Position numbers and translations under genes: made by a program. Shown piece by piece: positions 14,303 through 28,439 of a stretch of 64,000 nt of DNA. This DNA is from Eledone cirrhosa (Eukaryota), in contig OZ024761.1 of NCBI GenBank assembly GCA_964016885.1, positions 26,288,001 to 26,352,000 on the forward strand. The letters are read 5' to 3'. The notes beneath the pieces are model-generated. The model did not search any database. It worked only from the letters and a program-made list of their open reading frames with translations, and had not been told where the DNA came from. Every line of letters starts with the position of its first letter. The first letter of the stretch is position 1.

Positions 14303-15011
14303 TAGATTTGTTTTATAAATAAATATTGACATACCCGGAAAAAAAGACAACCTTAACGGTTGGAGCTTCCTGGATAGTGGAGATATTACATTTATTGAGG
14401 GTAATACAAAGTTATGAGTGAGTATGCAAATGAATGCTCGAAAGGTTGAAAAGATGACGGTTTATTTAAATTAAACTGTTGGAAGAAGATATGTAAGGGA
14501 GAGAGAAGAAAAGAGAAAGGAGAAAGAAAGAAGAGGAAAGAAAGAACGATTATACATATTGATAGTGAAGATAGAGTGAATAAATAAGTTTCAAAGGAGA
14601 AATATACACAGCGTATATCTAAGTGAAAGAAGAAATAAGATTAACGTGGAAGAATAATATTTATAATGCAGGGTTCATTAAGTTTTGATTACAATACTTA
14701 TAATGATAGGTTGAAAAATTAAAGATTAAAATTTGCCTTAATATTAAAGATTTAATTTAATAATTTAATATTAATAATTATATTATATTAATATGTATTA
14801 GTAATAATATATTGGTTTAAAAGTGTATGTTAAGGATTATACATTATTTAAATAAATATATAGTATTTTACATTAGAGAAAATCTAGTAGAGTTTATTTT
14901 ATTAAAAGTTGTAAGTCAAAATTTAAACATCCAAATAATTCTAAATTTATGAAAAATTTTCGAGTGTTTACAAAGGAATAACCACTTAATTATATTATAA
15001 AAACAAATCTG

Positions 15012-15077
15012 TATTTTATCTGATGAAAGCGCACCATAATTTGCCTTGGTTGCCCTTGAAATATGTATAATATAATG
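15012..15077 (+). ncRNA. Type I hammerhead ribozyme motif (family D)
   Basis: tattttat ctgatga aagcgcacc..ggttgccctt gaaa tatgta ta atataatg. Confidence 0.78.
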
Positions 15078-15741
15078 AATGTGGTTTTATAAATATAGTT
15101 TCCATTTATTAATATATTGTATATATATATATATATATATATATAATGTGTGTGTGTGTGGGGGGGGGGGTTGATGTGTGTGTGGGGGGGGGGTGTTAGT
15201 GGAAAAAGACCCCGACGGTTTAAAACGCGCTAACTCATGCTTTTCCACTATCACGCTAAATTTTCTTTAGTCAGAAATTTGGCGAAAGCTTCCATTTCTA
15301 CTAAATTTCAAACCACTCGCTGTATTATAACAAACTTATATATATATATATTAGTTCGGACCTAGCTGTCGTAATGGCCGGAGCTCAGCCGTTGGGGTCC
15401 TTAATCTTTTCATATATAATTTCCAAATTTCCAAATCAGGCCATCAGTCACTATATTTTTGAAAATAGCATATATTTTCACTAGCTCTGACAGTCGGCAG
15501 CTGAACATGTGCTGTACTGATGAAGAGTGATTTAGATTCATTAGTGTCTGCAGTTCTGTTTACAGACCAACACAAAGCAAGAATGAGGGGTTCATTCTAC
15601 GCACATGGCTATAAAAATGAGGCTTGTTTGCATAATTGCAAACGAATCGAATGTTATTATTAATATTCAAAAACTCAGATTATATATATATTATTATATA
15701 CGATATTAAACAAATGGAAACTATATTTATAAAACCATATT

Positions 15742-15807
15742 TATTTCATTATACATATTTCAGGGATACCATATTAAAAATATGGCATGCCTTCGTCAGA
15801 TAAAATA
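15742..15807 (-). ncRNA. Type I hammerhead ribozyme motif (family D, CUGACGA variant)
   Basis: Minus strand: tattttat ctgacga aggcatgcc..ggtatccct gaaa tatgta ta atgaaata; compensatory stem II changes relative to 14237. Confidence 0.82.
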
Positions 15808-15907
15808 CAATATATAAACAGTTTTTTAAATAATTTTTACGTACCATATTATAAGCGACCATTAAATTAGGAAGCTGTCTGGGTAGTATATATTATTATA
15901 TATAAGG

Positions 15908-16095
15908 GCAGTGGATTGGCAGTATCAGTAGAGGGTCGGACGCCATGCTTTCCAGCATAGTTACGTCCCTTTACGATCTGAGTTCAAATCCCGCCGAGGT
16001 TGACTTTGCCTTTCATCCTTACGGGGTCGATAAAATAAAGTACCAGTAATGCACTGGGTAATTGCTGGCCTTGTGCCTAAAATAGAAACAATTAT
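15908..16095 (+). mobile_element. Family A SINE (deletion subfamily)
   Basis: ggcagtggattggcagtatc head, gagttcaaatccc B box, Meta-like gccgaggttgactttgcctttcatccttacggggtcgataaaataaagtacc, and an (ATT)n tail. Confidence 0.92.
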
Positions 16096-16213
16096 TATAT
16101 ATATACTTTATTGTATATATTTATATATATATTTATTAAAATAACAGATTAAAGTTTAAGCAAAGAATCGCTGCTTTCATTTATTTATTAATTTATTAAT
16201 TTATTATTATTAA

Positions 16214-16251
<38 letters not shown>

Positions 16252-17069
16252 GAAAAATTACTGTAATTTCGAAACAGAGTAAGCTGAGGTAGACATGTGC
16301 GGCATCTACTCAAAGATGTAAAGAATCTTCTTACAAATTTGCTAAACACAGAAAACGAAATACGTATATTCTTTTGTCTAATTTTCTATTAAATTCGTTG
16401 GTATTTTTATTCTTTTTCTCATATTTTACATTGACAAACTGCGGGGTGGAATCACTTTAACTTTCATTCAATCTACGTCTGAATCCTCTAGGAAAAGCGA
16501 TTTAGAGTTAGCAGCCATAAAATCTGTATTGTATCAACTTATATTTCTTTCTTTTTTATTTTATCTTATATTATTTTGTTTATATATTATTTTTTTTTTT
16601 ATCTTATTTTATTCTGTTTTTTTTTTTATTTTATCTTATTTTATATTGTTCATATATTTATATATTCTTTATTTCTTGTTTTATTTCGTTTTCTTTGCTT
16701 TATTTTTATCGATCAAACTTTAGACTTACTACTTTCTTGCCTAGCCGTCTATAATCAAAAAGTGAAAGACGAGAAAATGAAATAGTCTCATCGGCAAATT
16801 ACAAATCATTTAAAATGCCATCAACGTGATGGTTTCTACAATAAAGCAACCACTGTGTGTTTTAAGTTTTGGCAGCAGCAGCTATTTCTTGTTGTTGCTG
16901 TTGTTGCTGTTGTTGTTGCGTTTTTAACTCCCAATTCTGTTACCATTTTACTTTAATTTCATTTTATTTCCCTGCCAAGATATATGTGTGTATATATGTA
17001 TATATATATATATATATTTATTTATACATATACGTATATATACATATATGTATACATATACGTATATAT

Positions 17070-17120
<51 letters not shown>

Positions 17121-17164
17121 ATTATACATATACATATATATACATATTAACACACACCCATATA

Positions 17165-17195
<31 letters not shown>

Positions 17196-17599
17196 TTATT
17201 TATACATATACGTATATATACATATATGTATACATATACGTATATATACACACACACACACACACACATATATATTTATGTATATATATATATAATTATA
17301 CATATACATATATATACATATTAACACACACCCATATATATATATATCGCACACACACATAGACACATGATACATGTATAAGTTAAAGAATAAGAATATT
17401 TGCTGACAGACGATAATTTGAAATGGTATTTACAGTTTAACCTCTACTGAAATGTTGATAAATTTCCCAGGAAATATCATTCTTAAGTTCATGAATATTA
17501 TCCAAACATTTTTGATCGTGTTCCACCTAGAGGTCTCCTGTCGTCTGCCAATATCCGTAAATTCTTCCCACCGTGTCTTCCCTTAGTGGTGTTGATGAT

Positions 17600-18215
17600 C
17601 TATATGATAATGAGTGCGATGTCTGTCTGTAACCTGCCTGCTTGTCTGTTTGTCTCTCCGTTATCCCGCCTGCCCGCCCGCGTCCCTGCCTGCCGACCCG
17701 CCTGCCTGCAAAACTCGCCCGCCTGCCTGCTCGCCTGCCTGTCTGCCCGCCTGCTCGCCTGCCTGCCTGCTCGCCTGCCTGCCTGTCCGCCGGCCTGCCC
17801 GCCTGCCTGCCCCCCTGTATGTTAGCCCGCCTGTCTACCTGTCTGTATGTCTCTCTCTCCCTCACTACCCTACTCCGTTCGTCCGTTACGCTCACTATAT
17901 AGAGAGAGAAGAGGAGCGCCAAACGAGATATATGTGCATAAATAGAGAGAGAAAAGCAACCAGCCCGACCTTACACACCCAGCCAACTGTTCAAACAAGA
18001 CACCAACCAACCAATTCCGCACCAACCAGCCAAAAAAATCAAACACACTAACCAACCTATCACTCGCTAACACAACCAGCCCACCAATCATCCTTTCAAG
18101 CCCTCACACCAACCAACCAATTCACCAACCAGCCAAATAAAACACCAACCAACCCAACGTGTTTTACCAACACACCACCCAGACTACCAACCAAACCCCC
18201 AAACACCCAAACCAC
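17600..18215. repeat. (GCCT)n and (ACCA)n tetranucleotide-derived low-complexity tracts
   Basis: Visible. Confidence 0.85.
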
Positions 18216-18235
18216 ACACATATATGTATATTCAC

Positions 18236-18800
18236 ATGAGGTCGGCTGAAAACGTCATAGGTTTAAACGTTCAAAGGCTGACCAAGATACTCTCATGAAA
18301 TGATCAAATGAGATTTATTTTTCAAAATAGTCTCTGGAAAGAATCAATGAAGTTACTTAAAAGAAAGTTTGCATATGCTGTGAAGTCCATGGTCTGACCA
18401 AGATACTCTCATGGAATGACCAAATGAGGTTTATTCGTCAACATAGTTCCTGGAAAGAAACAATGTAGTTATTAATAAGATGAGTTGATATTATTTTATG
18501 CAAAATTTCACAGCTCTATCTAGCATCACTCATTCATAGGCTGACCAAGATACTCTCATGGAATAAGTAAATGAAGTTTATTCTTCAACATAGTCCCTGG
18601 AAAGAAACAATGCAGTTGTTAATACGAAGAGTTGAAAAAAAGCTGAAAACTTCACAGTCCGACCAAGATACTCTCATCAAATAGGCTAAATACTTCCATG
18701 GAATAACCACAAGGGGTTTATTCTTCAACATAATTCCTAGAATGATACAATGCAGTTATCAATAAGAAGAGTTGAAATTTATACAATCCAGATTTCACAG
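18236..18800 (+). repeat. Tandem array (about 4 units, 115-150 bp) of a mariner-like terminal sequence
   Basis: ctgaccaagatactctcatg..aaatgag.tttatt.ttcaacatag recurs at about 18278, 18393, 18541 and 18660. The mariner assignment is from recall. Confidence 0.7.
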
Positions 18801-19099
18801 CTCATGCAACATATCTTCATAGTCAACCTACCCATGTAAATGATATGAAGAAAGCAGCAATTTTCTATCACATAGATGAAGTCAAATACTTAGATATAAT
18901 TCCTACCTGCGCTGCATAAAAGCTCTTATATTGAATAACCAAATAGCGGAGATTTGGGATTATTAAATGAAGAAAGAAGACAGTAAGACAATATCGTATA
19001 CTTTGCAAGATAAATTGCATATATACATGAACTGGCAAGAGTTTAGCAGTAAGATTTACCAGATACGTTCGGTAATTACTGAATATAGGTTTCTACGAA

Positions 19100-19172
19100 A
19101 TATATGTGTGTGTGTATAAATATGTGTGTGTGCGTGTGTATATATATATATATATATATACGTGTGTGTATG

Positions 19173-19221
<49 letters not shown>

Positions 19222-19250
19222 ATGCATATGTATATATATATGTGCGTGGA

Positions 19251-19303
<53 letters not shown>

Positions 19304-20381
19304 ACGTGTATGTGTGTGTGTATGTATGTGTGTGTGTGTACGTGTATGTGTGTGTGTATGTATGTGTGTGTGTATATATATATGTGTATGTATATATACA
19401 TATATATATCTGTGTATGTGTGTATATATGTATGTGTGTGTGTATATATGTATGTGTGTGTATATATATGTATGTGTGTATATATATATGTATTTGTGTG
19501 TGTATATATATATGTATTTGTGTATATATATATATATGTGTGTATGTATATATATATATGCGTATGTGTGTATATATATATATATATCTATGTGTATGTG
19601 TATATATGTGTGTGTATATATATATATATATATGCGTGTGTTTGTGTGTGTATACATATATGTATGTGTATATATATATATGTGTGGGTATGTGTATATA
19701 TATATATATGCGCATGTGTGTGTATATATATATGTGTATATGGGTGCGTGTGTCTATATATATATATATATGTGTGTGTGTGTATATGTATATGCGTGTG
19801 TGTATATATATATATATATATTAATAAAAACTTATTGCTCCAAATACTCTAGTAACCATTATTAACTACGTTAAATATATATACACACACATTACAGCGA
19901 CGTACACTATATACAAATATATATGTATGTGTACGTATATATATATGCAAGCTAGTAGGAGTATCATACATAAATCCGAACATACATACATTCAGTACAA
20001 ACGCAAAGCAATAATCAAAGGCCATGTATGTATAAATATATATAGAAAAGGTATGACCCCGACGGCAGAGCTCAAGCCGTTTTGACGGCTCTTTCTGGTC
20101 AAGAAATGGCCGTCGTTGAACAAACGAGCAACGATGGTTGCTGGACACTACGGCTTAATACGGGATGTTTGTTTACAAACACACCGAGCATTATAGTGAA
20201 TGTTCGGTGAATCCATACGTACATATATATATATGTGTGCATGTATGTATATATATATACATACTACTGTACGTCTGTATACATATATGTATGTACGTGT
20301 ACATACTTATATTTATGTGTATATATATATAGGTGTATATATATATATATATATATATAAATTATGTGTGTATATATATAG

Positions 20382-20418
<37 letters not shown>

Positions 20419-20530
20419 GGAGAGATGACCCCTTAGCCCTTGTCAAGGCAGAATTCTAGGAGAAGGAAAACTCTGATATAACACCTGCAACCCTGATGGT
20501 TTTTCCATTGGTCTTTCCAATTGCTAATAC

Positions 20531-20563
<33 letters not shown>

Positions 20564-20602
20564 ATGTGTGTGTGTATATATGTGTATATATATATATATA
20601 TC

Positions 20603-20635
<33 letters not shown>

Positions 20636-20722
20636 GTGTGTGTGTATATATATATATATATATGTGTATATATGTGTGTATATATGTGCGTATATATATA
20701 TATATATATGTGTGTGTATATA

Positions 20723-20758
<36 letters not shown>

Positions 20759-20781
20759 CATACATATATACACATATATAT

Positions 20782-20819
<38 letters not shown>

Positions 20820-21039
20820 ATATATATAAATATACACGGGTGTGTATGATTGTGTATAGAATTTTATATTAATAAAAGGAATTCCAACTTTGTCTGATTT
20901 ACACGTTTTATTTACAATCCTTTAAAACTTATAATAGTATGGTAGAATGTTAAGTGTTAATTGAACAAGTACTTTCATGCTTTTGGAATCTTCAGTTTCA
21001 TATTCTGTGGTGACGGTCAAGTTTGGAATCTTCAATATA

Positions 21040-21085
<46 letters not shown>

Positions 21086-21465
21086 TATGTAAATATATAT
21101 ACATATACACACACACACATATATATATATACACATATATATATATACATATACATATATATATATACATATATACACATACATATATACATATATATAT
21201 ATATACATATATACACATACATATATATATATTTATATACGTATAAACACACACATATATATGTATATATATACATATATATATATATATACATATATAC
21301 ATATATACACATATATATATACATATATACACATATATATATACATATATACACATATATATACATATATACACACATATATATACATATTTTTACATAT
21401 ATACATATTTTTACATATATACATATTTCCACACATATATATATATATACATATATACACATCTA

Positions 21466-21499
<34 letters not shown>

Positions 21500-21613
21500 C
21501 ATATATATGTATATATATATATATATACATATATATGTATTTATATATATATACCTATATATATATATATACATATATACACACACACAGATATATATAT
21601 ACACATGTATATG

Positions 21614-21647
<34 letters not shown>

Positions 21648-21783
21648 TATATATATATATACATATACACACACACACACACACATATATATACATATAT
21701 ACGTATATATATATACATATATACACACACATATATACACACACATATATACATATATACACATATACATATATACACACATT

Positions 21784-21829
<46 letters not shown>

Positions 21830-21830
21830 C
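19100..21830. repeat. Compound TA/TG/CA microsatellites with small inserted element fragments
   Basis: Visible; includes a family C fragment at 20045-20120 and a family B tail remnant at about 20495-20530. Confidence 0.88.
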
Positions 21831-22082
21831 ATGTATGTATATATCGTACAAAAATGCAAAATTCAAAGGTGAATATATGAATCCGTATGAAATACAAATC
21901 AAATTAATTTTTTGCAATCACATAAGAGACCCTTAGGAACATCTTATCATTAGAATTTTCATTTTAAATTATTTTTGTTTTTTGTCCTTTGTCTTTTTTT
22001 TTTTCTTATTAATGTCGACGTCTACAAATTTCTAGTTTTGCTCATTCGATTTGAATATATATGAATATATATATATATCAGA

Positions 22083-22127
<45 letters not shown>

Positions 22128-22174
22128 AAGGAAAAGCGAAGTAGTTTCAGATGTTCAAGTCCTTTTATAATAAT

Positions 22175-22248
22175 GCTGTGATATATATTTCAATGGCGAC
22201 ACTGGCCACACTGTTCTGTGTGCGAGTGTCGTGACATCATCAGACAGC
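22175..22248 (-). ncRNA. Type I hammerhead ribozyme motif with a long stem II
   Basis: Minus strand: gctgt ctgatga tgtcacgacact..agtgtcgccatt gaaa tatata tc acagc. Stem I is 5 bp, with an AUC site; the base of stem II is imperfect. Confidence 0.68.
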
Positions 22249-22333
22249 TTGTTACATGATAAGGTTATGTTTCCGAGGCAATCCAAATTGAATCGACAAA
22301 TATATATCCAAAACTATATATATATATATATAT

Positions 22334-22520
22334 AACGAAGGAAATGTGGTAAGGTACCAGGTGGACCATAACGCACCAAAGTACTCAATACTTAGGGTAG
22401 TAGAGTGGGTAATAGGAACAAGTAGGACCCCGACGGCTGAGCTCAAGCCGTTTCGACGGCTAATTCTGAATTAGCCGTCGAAACGGCTTGAGCTCAGCCG
22501 TCGGGGTCTTACTTGTTGCT
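22334..22520 (-). mobile_element. Family C fold-back element in (TA)n
   Basis: Tail on the left; hairpin with apex ggctaattctgaattagcc. Confidence 0.9.
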
Positions 22521-22544
22521 ATATATATATATATATATATATAT

Positions 22545-22899
22545 AGTTTCTGATTTAGGCACAATGCCAGTAAACTTTCAGGCGGGGGGAGGGGGAAATG
22601 TCATTTAAATCCAAACCAGTGCATTACTGGTGAATTATTTTATCGACATCATGAGGGACATAACTCTTTGTCGTGTAGCATAGTGACCGACGCTCTACCG
22701 ATACTGCCAATCCAACGTAATATATTTTGAGGCCAGCAATTATCGCAGTGTATTACTGGTACTTTATTTTATCGACCCCCGTAAGGATGAAAGGCAAATT
22801 TAACCACGGCGGCATTTGAACTCATACTTTAAAGGGCCGTAACTCTTTGCTGCCAAGCATGGCGTCCTACCCTTTACCGATATTTCCAATCCACCGCCC

Positions 22900-22930
<31 letters not shown>

Positions 22931-23122
22931 TTTTTAAATATATAATTGTTTCTACTTTTGGCACAAGGCCAGCAAATACCCAGTACATTGCTAGTACTTT
23001 ATTTTATCGACCCCGTAAGGATGAAAGGCAAAGTTAACCTCGGCGGGATTTGAACTCAGAATGATAATGGCCGTAACTCTATGCGTCAAAGCATGGCGTC
23101 CGACCCTCTCCCGATACTGCCA
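22545..23122 (-). mobile_element. Three family A SINE copies in tandem
   Basis: Copies at about 22545-22715, 22730-22900 and 22945-23122. Confidence 0.88.
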
Positions 23123-23399
23123 AAATACAGTTTATTAATGGTTTATAACCTATGTACAGGGTCACCAAATTATACACAAATATGTTTAAACATTGCAGTT
23201 GATCATAGTTGTTTTCGTATCAAAGAGTTTCCTAAGAAGCTGTTAGTTGTTGGGGTGTGGCATGGCACACAATAGGGTGGGAACCACTGGATTTTTTAAT
23301 TGTTTGTCAGGAACATTTATTAACACATAATTTATTTTAAAAATGATAACATCAAATCATGAACTCTCTCTCTCTTATATACACATATATACATCAGGT

Positions 23400-23715
23400 C
23401 CGAATACAAAGGGAATAAACTCCCTCTGTCACTGCCTTCGTGTCTACCGTTCTCCCCATCTCTCACTATTGTGAGGAAATGGGGCCCCACGCAATGGTCA
23501 CCCCGTGGCTCCAGCCGACAGAATAGAGAAACCTCTCCCCGGAGATTGATGAGGGAAACGCGTGGGAAGACCCATCCCACTTCGCGAGTCTCATATCTGC
23601 GAGAAGACAACTATGTGCCGATGATGGTGAGCAGGGAGGTGGGCCTAGGTCTCAGTACTCCATAAGTTTCCACTGCCAAGGGCTCGATCACAAACCTGTC
23701 GGAGAGTGACCGTAT
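23400..23715 (-). mobile_element. CRE-like non-LTR retrotransposon 3' relic (restriction-like endonuclease C-terminus)
   Basis: In-frame RSLSDRFVIEPLAVETYGVLRPRPTSLLTIIGT*LSSRRYETREVGWVFPRVSLINLRG matches the recalled F.PLAVET.G..GP....L..IG..L.....RE..WL.QR.SL...RGN motif. One internal stop at 23611-23613. Confidence 0.75.
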
Positions 23716-24307
23716 AATAAAATGTTGTTCTAATGAAGTGGTAATGTTTCTGGACCTCGAAGCGGCCGAGGATCTGTTCGGTTTAATTGAAGTCAACATT
23801 AGAAGGATTAGTAGCGTCGTGTTATAATAGAATATTGGTCTAATGAAGAGGTAACGTTTCTGGCCCTGAAAGGGGCCGAGAATCTGTTCGGTTTAATTGA
23901 ACTCTTCGTTAGTACACTCTACTTTTCGATTAAATTTGGAATCAATAAAGTACATAAATCATTCTCACCGTATTTATTATATATATATAAATACTTTTTT
24001 TTTTTTTTTGTTTTTGCACATAATAAGATGATATAGTTTGGGCAATAAAAGACAGGCCTGGCCACCTCTAGTGCGTCTTTCATTACAGGTTTTATTGATC
24101 AGGCCCTGACATTGGGGTTAAATATCAGCGATAACCAAACACCAAGTAATTTTGGCCGAGTGACAAAGTAAATGTTTCCATTGTGTTGATTTAATGGTCG
24201 TTCGTTAATGAAGTCTTTTATTTACTTATCACATTATGTTTACCTTTCTTATAGGATGAAATTAATAAATAATAATAATAACAAAAATAATAATAATAAT
24301 AATAACT

Positions 24308-24630
24308 GATTATACTTTAGGCACAAGGCCAGCAATTTGAAAGGGAGGAGAAAGTCGATTAAATCGACTACAGTGCATTACTGGTACTTTATTTTATCGA
24401 CCCCTCGTAAAGATGAAAGACAAAGTTAACCTCCACGGGATTTTGAACTCAAATCGCAAAGGGCCATAACTCTGTGCCACAGAGCATGATGTCCGACGCT
24501 CTACTGATGCTGCCAATCCACCGATCTTAGTGATTTATGATTTAGGCACAATGCCAATAATTTTAGTGGTGGTAAAGTCGATTAAATCGACCCCAATGCG
24601 TGACTGGTACTATTTTATCGACCTTGTAAG
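24308..24630 (-). mobile_element. Family A SINE full copy plus a partial second copy, next to (AAT)n
   Basis: Same consensus as the other family A copies. Confidence 0.88.
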
Positions 24631-24749
24631 GAGCGACTTATTCCGCTAAGCCACAGCCCCAGTCATACTTTCTGTTATTTGCCAAAAGGACATTGAAACT
24701 AATAAACCTTTGTTCGTACTGCCTCTCTCTTTTGTTCCCTTTCCATTTT

Positions 24750-24799
<50 letters not shown>

Positions 24800-25608
24800 T
24801 AGAGAGAAATATAGAGATAGATAGATATTTATATATATGACTGTATTTATATATATGTCTGTATCAATTTATAAATATATATGTATGAATATATATATAT
24901 ATATATAATGTATGTAGTTATATATATGTATGTAGTTATATATATGTAGATATATATATATATGTATGTAGTTGTATATATGTATGTATTATATATATGT
25001 AGATATATATATATATATATGTATGTAGTTGTATATGTATATATGTATTTATATGTATATATATGTATTTATATATATATATAGGTATATATATGTATAT
25101 ATATATATATATATATATAGGTATATATATGTATATATATATATATATATATAGGTATATATATGTATATATATATATATACATTACCCTACCCCGACCC
25201 CATCTAACCCGATACAACCGAACAAACATGAGAAACAAACATTAGCACAATATCAACTTTTGAAGATACGAAACACGTGCCCATATATAAACATACACGT
25301 GATTACATTTAATAATATATCGCAATGGAGAGTCGAACAAACTGTGATATCTGTGTACGTGTGATATTATATACACACATATATATATATATACACATAC
25401 AAACACACTCATATATATATATATATATTTATTTACATATATATATATATACACATATATACATACACAAAGGCGCACACATATACACACACACATATAT
25501 ATATACAAACACACGCATATATATACAAACACACGTATATATATACACATATATATATACACAAAGGCACATACATACACACACACACACATACATACAA
25601 ACACACAT

Positions 25609-25643
<35 letters not shown>

Positions 25644-25693
25644 ACATATATACATACACAGAGGCACACACACATACAAACACACACATACAA

Positions 25694-25748
<55 letters not shown>

Positions 25749-26113
25749 CAAAAAGGCACATACACACACACACACGTATTTCTATATATATATATATATA
25801 TATATACACATAGATACATACAAAAAGGCACACACATATATATATATATATATCCTTATGTTTGTGTTTAACTTGGCGTTTATCTATTTCATTATGGAGG
25901 AATGTCTAAAACCCCGGTCGCATACCCATGCCCATATATAGAAATACACATACACACACATACAGACACACGCACACACACACATAAATATATATATATA
26001 AATATACTTACATACATATGTGTGTATGCGTATGCACATATACATACCTATATATACATATACACGCACGCATACATACATATATATTCATCCACACACA
26101 TATATATATTTAG

Positions 26114-26243
<130 letters not shown>

Positions 26244-26368
26244 AGTTCTATTTAAATTGTTGGGATACAACAAGCAAATATTTTTATAACTGATATAAAG
26301 CACTCAACAAATATTTGGAGTAAAAATACGATATTAATAAATGGAAACTATATATATAAAACCATATT

Positions 26369-26433
26369 TATTTCATTATACCTATTTCAAGGACACCAAG
26401 TTAAATTATGGTGTGCTTTCATCAGATAAAATA
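26369..26433 (-). ncRNA. Type I hammerhead ribozyme motif (family D)
   Basis: Minus strand: tattttat ctgatga aagcacacc..ggtgtcctt gaaa taggta ta atgaaata. Confidence 0.8.
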
Positions 26434-26573
26434 TAATATAGATCAGTTTTATAAATAAATATTGACATACCCTTAAAGAATGCAACCATTACCACTATCC
26501 GGGAGCTTCCAACAGTAATGGTTACATTCTTTAAGGGTATGTCAATATTTATTTATAAAACTGCTCTATATTA

Positions 26574-26638
26574 TATTTTATCTGATGAAAACACACCATA
26601 ATTTAACTTGGTGTCCTTGAAATATGTATAATGAAATA
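26574..26638 (+). ncRNA. Type I hammerhead ribozyme motif (family D)
   Basis: tattttat ctgatga aaacacacc..ggtgtcctt gaaa tatgta ta atgaaata. Confidence 0.78.
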
Positions 26639-26763
26639 AATATGGTATTATATATATAGTTTCCATTTGGTAATATCGTATTTTTACTCCAAATATTTGT
26701 TGAGTGCTTTAGATCAGTTATAAAAATATCTGCTTGTTGTATCCCAACAAATTAAATAGAACT

Positions 26764-26808
<45 letters not shown>

Positions 26809-27191
26809 TTGGAGAGAGAGATTGAGGGATATATATATTTGTATCATGTGTGTATTACTCTGTCTGCTTGTATACGCATATATCCACGTACGAATATAAT
26901 AGTACATTATGCACACAGCCATATATGAGAAATCAATGTGTGTATATATATTGAAATATTGAAATGTTATTGGAGGTCTGGAATGGGGGTGGGTTGGGGT
27001 GGTGTGTGTGAACTGGAATTTAAACAGTTTGCACCTTTTTGTCTGTGTATGTATGTATGTGTGTAGGTAGGTATGTATATATGTAGTTATGTGTATAGAC
27101 TAAAAGGTCAGACTCGTTCAGCGCATCGGTAGGGGTTCTCCTACATGGATATAAAGTAGTGGCCGTACTCGAAAACGAGTTGGCAGCCACC

Positions 27192-27307
27192 ATATATATG
27201 TATGTATATGTATATATATATGTATATATATATATGTATGTATGTATATGTATGTATATATGTGTCTGTATGCATATATGTATATATGTATATATATATA
27301 TGTGTGA

Positions 27308-27339
<32 letters not shown>

Positions 27340-28058
27340 ATATGTATATGTATGAATATATGTATATGTATATGTATGAATATATGTATGTATATGTATG
27401 AATATATGTATGAATATATGTATATATATATATATGTATGAATATATGTATATGTATGAATATATGTATGAATATATGTATATATATATATATGTATGAA
27501 TATATGTATATATATATATATGTATGAATATATGTATATATATATATATGTATATGTATGAATATATGTATATATATATATATGTATATGTATGAATATG
27601 TGTATATATATATATATATGTATATGTATGAATATATGTATATATATATATGTATATGTATGAATATATGTATATATATATATATATGTATATGTATGAA
27701 TATATTTATATATATATATATGTATATGTATGTATATATGTATATGTATGAATATATGTATATATGTATATGTATGAATATATGTATATATGTATATGTA
27801 TGAATATATGTATATATGTATATGTATGAATATATGTATATATGTATATGTATGAATATATGTATATATGTATATGTATGAATATATGTATATATGTATA
27901 TGTATGAATATATGTATATATATATATATATGAATATATGTATGAATATATGTATATATGTATATGTATGAATATATGTATATATGTATATGTATGTATA
28001 TATGTATATATGTATATGTATGTATATATGTATATGTATGAATATATATATATATATA

Positions 28059-28103
<45 letters not shown>
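27192..28103. repeat. (TA)n-derived array with gtatgaatat units
   Basis: Visible. Confidence 0.93.
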
Positions 28104-28105
<2 letters not shown>

Positions 28106-28439
28106 GAGTGTGCTGTTGGCGGTTGTTGTGCAGGGTTGATCTATACGAGAAATATGCCCGTTTAAATCTTCTTTTATTCTGCAAATCTAACGAGTTCTGA
28201 TGAAATTATAGTGTTTGAGATATAAATGTTACTGAAATGTAAGTATTTCCTCACAACATACCGACTAAAAAAATATATTCCTTAAACAATATATTACGAA
28301 ACATTTTAAATTCGACTGAGAAAAAAAAAAATCTCAAAAAAACTTTAAGAAAATAGAATTACGATTTTCTAGATTTAGTTATCTACTGCAAGTAAAAATA
28401 AAAATGGTTAGAAACAGACTTTTGACATTATAATAATTG

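Larger units (their letters stand above)
13976..15121. mobile_element. Family D Penelope-like element: inverted hammerhead-bearing terminal repeats around an AT-rich internal relic
   Basis: About 14193-14322 is the reverse complement of about 14995-15121. The tail module is present at 13976-14063 (+) and 14105-14192 (-). Confidence 0.75.

Noticed and set aside
15517-15550. Isolated ctgatga
   Set aside because: No downstream GAAA or stems.
17520-17625. Short unique stretch within ORF 17527-17922
   Set aside because: Most of the ORF is (GGCA)n-derived and the unique part has no identifiable homology.
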